Assembly: GCA_020429915.1 (NCBI GenBank)
Contig: JAGQKV010000012.1
Span: 65,737 to 129,736 of the forward strand
Origin: Candidatus Omnitrophota bacterium
Lineage (GTDB): Bacteria > Omnitrophota > Gorgyraeia > Zapsychrales > Zapsychraceae
DNA length: 64,000 nucleotides
Reading direction: 5' to 3'
This document shows positions 38,618-47,600 of the stretch, piece after piece. The notes under the pieces are model-generated. The model did not search any database, was not told the DNA's origin, and saw nothing but the letters and a program-made list of their open reading frames with translations. The position numbers were made by a program, and so were the translations under genes. How positions within the stretch are numbered: position 1 is the stretch's first letter; every line of letters begins with the position of its first letter.

Positions 38618-39402
38618 CGGCGGGTCCCTTCCAGCCAAATCACACAGAACGTCGCGGTAACGCCGAAACGGTCTGTAAAATGCCGGCGGTAATAATCGCC
38701 GGCGCGCCCAAGCCATTCCTTGCCCAACGCCACCTCGGGATTAAGGACGTTCGCCCCGATCTCCTTGGTCCAACGCAATAACGCCAGCAAATCGGGAAAA
38801 TGGACTTTGATGATCTCTTCGCTGATCTGGATCTCCGAGAATCCGGCCTCACCGGCATACCGCGTGACATCCTCGAGACGGGGAAGTCGGCGAAAGGCGC
38901 GCACCTGGCGGCCCGCCGGGGCGGTTTCTTCGAGGGAGCGAAACATCTCGCCGAAGGTGTCGTAACCGAACAGGGTGATGTAAATCTTTCCGCCATCTCT
39001 CAAAATATCCCGGTTGCCGCGCAGAGCCGCGGGCAGGTCTTCGATCCACTGGTAAGCCAGGTTCGACACGAGCACATCAAAAGAACCGGGCTTAAAGGGA
39101 AGCACACGGGCGTCAGCCTGCACGACGGTAAACTCCGCCCACTTTTTCTGCGCCTCCTGAAGCATTCCGCTGGCAAAATCCAGCCCGACGATCTGCGCCT
39201 CGGGCAAATAGAATCCCAGCCGGTTGGTCAACCAACCCGTACCCATACCGACGTCAAGGATCCGGTCGACACCTTCATTGTCGATCACCTTGCGGCTCAA
39301 CTCACGGCCGATCTCCTTGTGCAGACTGGCCAGGGCCTCGTATTGGGCGGCGGCATCCGAAAAAGACGCACGGATGCGGCGGCTGATGGCATTAAGTATC
39401 AT
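38614..39402 (-). CDS. bioC: Malonyl-[ACP] O-methyltransferase BioC
   Basis: SAM-MTase motif ILDVGMGTG. Sits in the bio cluster between bioH and bioDA. Confidence 0.85.
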   Translation of the reverse strand: MILNAISRRIRASFSDAAAQYEALASLHKEIGRELSRKVIDNEGVDRILDVGMGTGWLTNRLGFYLPEAQIVGLDFASGMLQEAQKKWAEFTVVQADARVLPFKPGSFDVLVSNLAYQWIEDLPAALRGNRDILRDGGKIYITLFGYDTFGEMFRSLEETAPAGRQVRAFRRLPRLEDVTRYAGEAGFSEIQISEEIIKVHFPDLLALLRWTKEIGANVLNPEVALGKEWLGRAGDYYRRHFTDRFGVTATFCVIWLEGTRR

Positions 39403-40207
39403 GTTCGGTTTCCTTCAAGAATGCCTCGAGGACGGCGTTAAATTCATGCGGTTTGCTTAAAAACGGAAAGTGCCCGCACTCCTCGAAGGAGTCATAACGG
39501 GCGTCCGGTTGAACCTGACGGATGTACTCCATGACTTCCTGTTTACAGATTTCATCACCGGTCCCGGTAATAAAATGCATCGGCACGGCGACCTTTTCCA
39601 GCACCGGCCGCAAATCCTCCTGCTCCAGAATATCCAGATACTGGACCAACGCCGACTTGATCGGCTTATCTTCGAACTGCCGGAATTTTTGCAGCCACTT
39701 AAACCGCCGCGAGGCCCGCTCCTGTTTGGTAAACAGCGAGCGGAAAAAGACGTCTACGATCGACGGATAGTGCGTGTGCAGCTGGGTTCCGAGCTTGCGC
39801 ATCGCGTCCACATCCAGACCGTAGGGAAAATCGGCGGATTGCGCGAAACGCGGCATCGATCCCACCATCACCATCCGCGAAAACTTCTCCGGCATCGCCT
39901 CATACATCTTCAGTGCGAACAATCCGCCCAGGGAGCTGGCGACCAATGTAACTTTGCCGGGCATCAGACGAGTGATCATCGTGGTCAGATCGGCACACAT
40001 ATTCGCCAGGTTCGTCTTTTCCCAACTGGATTGTCCGTGTCCGGGCAGATCCACCGTCAACACACGATAATTGTGGGAGAAATACTTGGACTGTTGGCGC
40101 CACACCCGCTTGTCCACACCCCATCCGTGCAGAAAGACCAGCGACGGCCCCTCGCCTTCCAACTCATAATGCCAAACTATGCCATGTGCGCCTTTGATAT
40201 GTCCCAT
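39392..40207 (-). CDS. bioH: Pimeloyl-[ACP] methyl ester esterase BioH (alpha/beta hydrolase)
   Basis: LVFLHGWG...ASSLGG nucleophile elbow. Located in the bio operon. Confidence 0.8.
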   Translation of the reverse strand: MGHIKGAHGIVWHYELEGEGPSLVFLHGWGVDKRVWRQQSKYFSHNYRVLTVDLPGHGQSSWEKTNLANMCADLTTMITRLMPGKVTLVASSLGGLFALKMYEAMPEKFSRMVMVGSMPRFAQSADFPYGLDVDAMRKLGTQLHTHYPSIVDVFFRSLFTKQERASRRFKWLQKFRQFEDKPIKSALVQYLDILEQEDLRPVLEKVAVPMHFITGTGDEICKQEVMEYIRQVQPDARYDSFEECGHFPFLSKPHEFNAVLEAFLKETEHDT

Positions 40208-41379
40208 CAGATGACCTGCAGTTCCTTGCCGATGTGCTGCATTTTATTCAGCACATAGTCGATATCGGCCTTGTTATGTTTCGCCGTGACCGTCATCCGC
40301 AGCCGGGCGGTGCCCGGCGGCACCGTCGGGGGTCGAATCGCCAGGACGAGAATCCCTTCTTCAAACAACCGCCGTGAAAATGTCACGGCCTTCTCGTTAT
40401 CGCCGACCCGTATCGGGATGATCGGCGTTGAGGAATCCATCGTGTCAAAGCCCGCCAAACGCAAGGCGGCCCGGGTGTAGTGCGTATTGTCCCATAACTT
40501 GTTCCTGTGGGCCTGGTCGCGTTCGATGATCTCCACAGCCTTCAAAGATGCCGCAGCCACCAGTGGTGGCAAACCGGTGGTGTAAATAAAGCTGCGCGAT
40601 TTATTGACCAATACGTCGATCAGGTTGCGCGAGCCGCAACAATACGCTCCGAAACTGCCCGCCGCCTTGGAGAAGGTCCCCATCTGTATTTCGACGCGAT
40701 CAGCCACACCGAAATGCTCGCAACATCCCTTGCCGGTGTCGCCCATCACGCCCATGGCGTGGGCCTCATCCACCATCACCATCGCCTGATACTTCCCGGC
40801 CAATTCGACGATCCGGTCCAGCGGGGCCAAGTCGCCGTCCATACTGAACACCGTATCGGTGACGATGCATTTGCGTTGAGCGGGCGGCGCGGCAGTCAGC
40901 AACCGGTCGAGATGGTCCATATCGACATGGCGGTATCTGTGAAATGACGCTCCGCTTAAGCGGATCCCGTCGATAATAGAGGCATGATTGAGCCGGTCGC
41001 TGAAGATCACGTCGTCTTTGCCGAACAAACTGGTCAGGATCCCCTGGTTGGCCATGAAGCCGGTGCTGTAGAGCAAACACGCCTCGGTACCTTTGAAGCG
41101 GGCCATTTCCCGCTCGAGCCGGTGATGCGAGGGCATGCTGCCGCACAACAAACGGGACGCGGCCGCGCCGTATCCTTCCTGCCGGATGCTGTTGACAATG
41201 CTTTGCCCCAACCGGCTGTCATTCGCCAGTCCGAGGTAATCGTTGGAACAAAAATTGTGAACCTGCCGCCCGTCAAACTGGATCGTCGGGCCCTGGGGGC
41301 TTTGGGTCTCTCGGACGTGCCGTAGCAATCCCTGGTCCGCCCATTCATGCAGCATTTTTCTGAGGTCGTCTTCCAACAT
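40207..41379 (-). CDS. bioF: 8-amino-7-oxononanoate synthase
   Basis: PLP-dependent class-II aminotransferase in the bio operon with the lysine motif TFSKAAGSFG. Confidence 0.9.
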   Translation of the reverse strand: MLEDDLRKMLHEWADQGLLRHVRETQSPQGPTIQFDGRQVHNFCSNDYLGLANDSRLGQSIVNSIRQEGYGAAASRLLCGSMPSHHRLEREMARFKGTEACLLYSTGFMANQGILTSLFGKDDVIFSDRLNHASIIDGIRLSGASFHRYRHVDMDHLDRLLTAAPPAQRKCIVTDTVFSMDGDLAPLDRIVELAGKYQAMVMVDEAHAMGVMGDTGKGCCEHFGVADRVEIQMGTFSKAAGSFGAYCCGSRNLIDVLVNKSRSFIYTTGLPPLVAAASLKAVEIIERDQAHRNKLWDNTHYTRAALRLAGFDTMDSSTPIIPIRVGDNEKAVTFSRRLFEEGILVLAIRPPTVPPGTARLRMTVTAKHNKADIDYVLNKMQHIGKELQVI

Positions 41380-42323
41380 CAGCCGATCGGTTGCACGTCG
41401 CCGGTCATGCAGCGCACGCGTTGCCCGTCCTTAACCTGTACGATTAAACCGCCGTGTTCATCCAAATCCACGGCCGTTCCGATAATATCCCCGATGGAAA
41501 TCTTCTGCCCCAGCGTCGAGGACAGCTCCCGCCAACGTTTAATCACCGGATCAAAGCCTTGCCCATTGAGAACCGCATACCAACGATCGAGACTGCGCAG
41601 CACGGCCTGCATCACGGCAATGCGGTCGGCAGACGTTCCGGTTTGCAGTTTCAGCGAAGTCGCCTGCGGAGGAAGCTGACGCTGAGCGGTGTTGACGTTG
41701 AGACCCAAGCCGATAACGATAAATCTCACCCGGTCCATTTCCGCGCTGAGCTCCATGAGAATCCCGGCCAATTTCTTCCCCTGGACCAGCAGGTCGTTCG
41801 GCCACTTGATGTGTACGTCGAGCCCGCTGAACTCCCGCAGCGCCTCGCATACAGCCACGGCGCTGAACAATGTCATCTTGGCTGCATCCGTGGGCAACAG
41901 ATTCGGCCGCAACAGCAGCGAAAAATAGACACCCTTACCCTTGGGAGACGACCACCGGCGTTCCATGCGCCCTCTTCCCCGGGTTTGTGTCTCGGCACAA
42001 ACGACGGCCCCTTCCGGTTCGTCTTCCACTCCCAGTTGAAAGGCGACATCCATCGTTGACGCCAAAGACTCGTAATGCAACACCCGGCTTCCGACGATCG
42101 CGGTGCCCAGTCCGTGCGCGACTTCCCGGGGGAGCAATTTATCCGGAATGCCGTTGAGCTTGTAGCCCAGGTGCGGGACCGCGACAATTTCGTAACCGTC
42201 TCTACGCAGTTCTTCGATATTCTTCCAAATACCGGCCCGACTGATCTTCAGCTGCCGGGATATGTCCTCACCGGACGAATAGCCCGCGGATTTTCGCAAA
42301 CAATCTATGATGGCGTCTTTCAT
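41379..42323 (-). CDS. birA: Bifunctional biotin ligase / bio-operon repressor BirA
   Basis: N-terminal HTH (ISRQLKISRAGIWKNIEELR) plus the BPL catalytic domain (GRGRMERRWSSPKGKG). Confidence 0.9.
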   Translation of the reverse strand: MKDAIIDCLRKSAGYSSGEDISRQLKISRAGIWKNIEELRRDGYEIVAVPHLGYKLNGIPDKLLPREVAHGLGTAIVGSRVLHYESLASTMDVAFQLGVEDEPEGAVVCAETQTRGRGRMERRWSSPKGKGVYFSLLLRPNLLPTDAAKMTLFSAVAVCEALREFSGLDVHIKWPNDLLVQGKKLAGILMELSAEMDRVRFIVIGLGLNVNTAQRQLPPQATSLKLQTGTSADRIAVMQAVLRSLDRWYAVLNGQGFDPVIKRWRELSSTLGQKISIGDIIGTAVDLDEHGGLIVQVKDGQRVRCMTGDVQPIG

Positions 42324-42378
42324 ATCTGTATTATTTCTGCGGCAATAGGGTTTAATCGTAAAGTTGTCGATGGAAAAT

Positions 42379-43518
42379 CTAAATGCGCAGGCTCGTCACC
42401 AAACCGGGCAATTTGTCCAGGACGGTGTCGACATGTTCCTGTGTGGTCCAACGGCCGAGGCTGAGCCGCAGGGAGCCGTAGGCCAGCTCGTCGTCGAGAC
42501 CGATGGCGCGCAAAACATGCGACGGCTCCATCGCGCCGGACGTACAGGCCGACCCCATGGAGGCGTACACCTTGTTCATGTCCAGGGCCATGAGCAGCGA
42601 CTCACCCTCCACACGTTCGAAAGAAAAGTGCACGTTGTTCGGCAACCGGTTGCCGCGATGTCCGTTGATGGTCACCCCCTCCACACGCCGGGGAACTTCT
42701 TCGAAGAGCTGTTCACGCCATTGGGTTTGCCGGGCCGCCTCATCTGTCATCCGCTCACGGGCGAGCGCGACGGCCTTGGACATACCGACGGCCCCGGGCA
42801 CATTCTGTGTTGAGGCGCGCATATCCCGCTCTTGATCTCCGCCGCGCAGCAGTTTTTCAAGCGGCGTTTTCTTCCGGACATACAGCGCGCCGACGCCTTT
42901 CGGCCCGTAGAATTTGTGAGCGGACAGCGAGAGCAGATCCGCTCCCAGTTCATTCACATCCACCGGAATATGGCCCACGGTCTGGCAGGCATCGACCAGC
43001 AGCGGGATTTTCTTCGCGCGGGTCAAAGCGCTGATCTCACGGATCGGTTGAATGGTCCCGATTTCATTGCTGGCATGCATCACCGCCACCAGAATGGTCT
43101 GGTCCGTGATGGCCGCGCCGACTGACGTCGGTGACACCCGGCCTTCCCGGTCGACCGGCAGAAAAGTGACTTTATACCCTTCGGCCTGCAGGAATTCCGC
43201 CGGCTCCAGCACGCTGTGATGCTCTATCGCCGAGACGATCACATGCTTGCCGATACCGCGCAAGGCATGGGCCGCCCCGTAAATCGCGTGATTGTTGGAT
43301 TCGGTCGCTCCGCTGGTCAGCACGATTTCCTCGGGCAGTGCGCCCAGAAAATCCGCCAGATTCGTGCGCGCGTCCTCAAGGGCCTTAAGCGCGGCACGAC
43401 CCAAGTCGTGCGGACTGGCGGCATTGCCGAACTCCTCATGCCAATAGGGGGTCATGGCCTCAATGACCGCCGGATCGACCGGGGTCGTGGCCGCATAATC
43501 GAAGTACATTTTGTCCAT
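42379..43518 (-). CDS. Cysteine desulfurase (NifS/IscS family)
   Basis: Class-V aminotransferase with active-site Cys (SMGSACTSG) and PLP lysine (SLSAHKFYGPKG). Confidence 0.9.
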   Translation of the reverse strand: MDKMYFDYAATTPVDPAVIEAMTPYWHEEFGNAASPHDLGRAALKALEDARTNLADFLGALPEEIVLTSGATESNNHAIYGAAHALRGIGKHVIVSAIEHHSVLEPAEFLQAEGYKVTFLPVDREGRVSPTSVGAAITDQTILVAVMHASNEIGTIQPIREISALTRAKKIPLLVDACQTVGHIPVDVNELGADLLSLSAHKFYGPKGVGALYVRKKTPLEKLLRGGDQERDMRASTQNVPGAVGMSKAVALARERMTDEAARQTQWREQLFEEVPRRVEGVTINGHRGNRLPNNVHFSFERVEGESLLMALDMNKVYASMGSACTSGAMEPSHVLRAIGLDDELAYGSLRLSLGRWTTQEHVDTVLDKLPGLVTSLRI

Positions 43519-43704
43519 AGCTCTCCCTGTTATCGCTTAATATTAGTGAAGTTGCGAATCATTGTCAACCCCGATTCCAAGTCAGGTTGACCAAACCGGC
43601 AAAATCCGGCCCCGCCTGGCCCAATCCGCCCGCGGAACCGGGATACTCTTCCCACACCCCGCCATTTGTGATATATTTGAAGCTATTCTGGAGAATCATT
43701 CCGC

Positions 43705-44649
43705 ATGCGTTCCAAGCTATATCTCACATTATTTGCCGCCCTTGCACTGGCCGGGTATCTCAGCCGATTCGGCTTCTGGTTCGATCTGACCACGCATTTT
43801 CAGCCGCAGTATCTGATCGGATTGTTGGCCTGCGCCGGATTCTGCGCCTGGCAACGGCGCTGGAGGACCATGGCCGTGGCTGTCATCTGCGCGGCGATCC
43901 CTTTAAGCCGGATCCTTCCTTTATATATGCCGCTCACCCGCACCGCCCATGCCGGCCCCGCATCCACGCTTTCCCTACTGCTGGTCAATATCAAGGCCGA
44001 GAACCGTCAGTTTGAGAAGCTGCGCGCCTACATCCGGGAGTCCGATCCGGACATTATCGCGCTGGAAGAGTTCAATGAACTTTGGCACAATGAACTTTCG
44101 CCGGTATTGAAGGATTACCCGTACACCATTCATGAATTCAGAGCAGACAATTTCGGCATCGGATTATACAGCCGTCTGCCGGTCGAGAATCTCAAGATCA
44201 AGCGCTTTAGCGATGTTCCCAGTATCTCAGGAGACTTGACCGTCAACGGCCGGCCGCTCACGGTCCTGGTGACACATCCCATCCCGCCGGTCCGTCCGAG
44301 CGCCTTCCGCTACCGCAACCGGCACTTCGCCAACATGGCGGCCGCCCGCGGGGAGTATCACGATAACCTTGTGCTCATCGGCGACTTGAACTCGTCGTCC
44401 TGGTCGTATTTCTTCCAGAAACTGGCCGCGGATATGGGCCTGCGCGACTCACGCGAGGGGTTCGGCCTGCAGTTTTCCTGGCCGACGATGACGGCCTTGC
44501 TGCTGACCACCATTGATCATGCCCTGGTCAGTGATAATATCGTTGTTAATGAAAGGCGTATCGGGAAGGACATCGGATCGGATCACTTTCCGGTGTATCT
44601 TGAGATCGGGGTCAGCGGTCCGCGGGCGGTTACTCCGTCAGCCAACTGA
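43705..44649 (+). CDS. Endonuclease/exonuclease/phosphatase (EEP) family membrane protein
   Basis: 2-3 N-terminal TM helices and EEP motifs (LLLVNIKAEN...LIGDLNSS...SDHFPV). Confidence 0.8.
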   Translation: MRSKLYLTLFAALALAGYLSRFGFWFDLTTHFQPQYLIGLLACAGFCAWQRRWRTMAVAVICAAIPLSRILPLYMPLTRTAHAGPASTLSLLLVNIKAENRQFEKLRAYIRESDPDIIALEEFNELWHNELSPVLKDYPYTIHEFRADNFGIGLYSRLPVENLKIKRFSDVPSISGDLTVNGRPLTVLVTHPIPPVRPSAFRYRNRHFANMAAARGEYHDNLVLIGDLNSSSWSYFFQKLAADMGLRDSREGFGLQFSWPTMTALLLTTIDHALVSDNIVVNERRIGKDIGSDHFPVYLEIGVSGPRAVTPSAN

Positions 44650-47600
44650 TCTGGTCCGCGGATTCCGCAGGCACAACCTCCGGCTCCGGCCCGCCGGCCA
44701 GTGAGTCGCCATTAATCCCGCCGCCGAGTATCAACGGCAGATTAAGAACCGGACTGATATTGATGATGACCGGCACGAAACCGTTTACCGGGACCGTCTG
44801 CAATTCCTGCAACTCCGCGGGCACGTTCATCTGAATCACATCCCCGCTGCTGTGCAATTCCATATTCCCCGCGTTGAGATCGATCCCACCGACCGGACGG
44901 CTCAGCACCGCACGGTCCGTGGACTGCTCACCCTGTTGCACGGCCGTCTCCTGTGCATCCGGCCGGACTCCGAGAATATTGCGCGCGTATTCCAGCTGAT
45001 TGGTAGGGATAATGATGGTCGTGTTGGCCTGAAGGTCTTCGGGTCGGCGAATACCGTTACGGTCCATGATCCGCTGGTAGAGGGGCCGGTTGAAAATGCC
45101 GTCCCATTCCGCCAACGGCGTGGGTGACCCGTCGGCCTGGATACCGTAAAAACGCTGCGCGATGAGTTCCAGACGGTCGCCCGGCTGCACACTATAAGCC
45201 ACCTCCAACCCGCCGGGTACTATCAGCGACACGTTCTGTGGAAGATAGTAAAAGCCGCGCACGGCATTGTAATCGGCGGGATCGGGAAGCGGATCAAGGT
45301 CGAGTTCACTCGCATTTGCACTGTGAATCTCCGGATAGGCAAAATAATTGTCGAAGTAAAGCTTCGCGATACCGCTGAGCGTGCCCATGGCGGCACCCCG
45401 ACGTGTGATAAACCCTTCCACGTCGCTGACGCCGGTGATGTGCACATCCGGCCGCGCCGAATAGTCCATCAACGGCTCGATCAGCGGGACAAGATCACGG
45501 AAGACATCCGGGGGAATGAGTATGGACGGTTCATCCAGATAGCGCGGCAACGCATTGAGCGGAGGCACCGGGCCCTGTTCGGTCACTAGGGGCTCACTGT
45601 CGTTCTCCGCCCCATCCAAGTCACCGCCGGGATTATGGCGCGAATAGATATACGGCGTTATCAACAACGCCGCCACCAACGTGATGATAAGCGTTGCCTC
45701 CGTCACGTCGGAGAAACCGGCACGCGTCACACCGGCTTCGGTCGCGGCAAGTTCAACCGCGGCCGCTTCCGATGCACCGGATTGCGCGGCAAAGACCGGG
45801 GCGTAAGGTTTTCCCCGTTTCTGCAGCGCCAGCACCTCGTCCAAAATGTCGGCAGCCATAGCCTTCAATTCCGCAGCCGACAGCGCCAACGCCGCATCCA
45901 TCAGGTCGGCATTGCTGTCCAGCAACCTGTTATTGAGATCAAAGTCATCGACGCCTAATCGTTGCGCGAAAAGATTGAGGATATTACCGGTGGCCTGTCC
46001 GTAGATCACGGCGTTCTGTCCGGCAAACAACGCGGCCAATCCGCTGTTCAGGGAAATGTGCAGTTCAATGACCTTGACCAAATCGGTGTAAGGCGCGTCT
46101 CCGTACGCGATGCTGGACAGATACGCCGTGGTTTCCTGGGCAATGCGGCGGCCGGCGCCGTAATAGCGGTTCTGCACTCCGTTAAGCTCGTCGCGCGTGT
46201 GCTGACGTTCATGGATCCCGGTGGAGGCGTGACGGCTGCGAAGGATAGCCTCAATCTGATCCGCCCCCGGAAAGCGCGGGTAATCCCGCTGCACTCCCCG
46301 GCGAATCAGCTCACTGAGCCGGTGAATCCCGCGCCCGCCGTAGGTGCGAAACGGCCTCTCAAACAGATGCGGCAGCACGTCGCTGTACGTTTCGCCGTCA
46401 ATTATATCCTTCAACACCACACCGAAGGTATCGCCGTTCCAGGTGAAACCCAAGGCCGCAATATCTTCGTCGACGCGGTCGATCCGCTGTCCCAGGTAAT
46501 AGATTTCCGGCAATGCCCCGCGGCGATTGCGCGGCCCGTCCGTATCGATCTCAATCGCGTCGATCCGGAAGGCCTGGCTCGACAGGATAGATACATTTTG
46601 CTGCGAGCCGTCGGAGAAATTCTGGGTCCGCTCCAACACTTCCAATTGAACGTACACCATCTGTTCCTTGAGAAACGGATTGTTGCGTAAATCACGGGCC
46701 AAATCTTCAATCAACGCCCGGTTGCGGCGTACATTGGCGCTGTAACCGCGCAATCCCTTGCCGATGAGCGACGGACTGAAGCTCCGTTGCAGCAACCGGG
46801 AAAAGATTTTCTCGACACTGGAATCGAGCAGACCCGCACCGCGACGGGTCAGCCGCAGCATGTCGGTCGTCGCGACCTCATGGGCCGAGGCCATCAGCAG
46901 TTGCGGCAGCACTTCCGAGAAAAAGATCATCGTCCGCAGCGACGGGTCCTTGGTCTCGGCCATGGCCTCGACCGCTGGCTGCATTCTGTCCAGATACTGA
47001 CGGGAGGTGACTTCGAGCGGCACGAAAATAGCTTGTTCGGGTTCGCGGCGATCGTCCCGCCGGGTACTCTCCCGCTCGAAACCGAAGGAAATGTCGCGCT
47101 CCCCGCTGGCCGCGTCTTCTCCCTGGGAATAGGCGGATGACGAATCCCCCACCCCAAACGTCCGCTTCGTTGACTCCCGTTCGCCCAACAGCTCGCGTGC
47201 GTGGACCATTATCTGCTCTTTGGTCCGCTCCCGTTCCCGAGCCGCCCGCGCTTCCTCTTCTTCGCGCTCGGTACGGGTACTTGTTCCGCCGGTCGTGCGC
47301 CTATCCGATTCAGGCACCTGAACGATGTATTGCGACCAATCGATCTCTTCGGTTTCCGCTGCCTGCAGCTTGACGCCAAGCTCGGGTGATATCGCGTCGA
47401 AAAGAGCGACGATCTCGTCGACCGTTTCCGGCGTGTATGTCCCGGCAAACTCCGCTTGTTCACGTAATTGCGGCCGGCCGTAGATAAATTCCAGAATGGC
47501 GGTCACCCGTTGGGGAAGATTGGCTTCGAAACGCAGGCTGCGCTTACCGGGCTCTTCAATATCCGCCAGCCGTTCCAATTGACGGATCAGGCCGGCCAAT

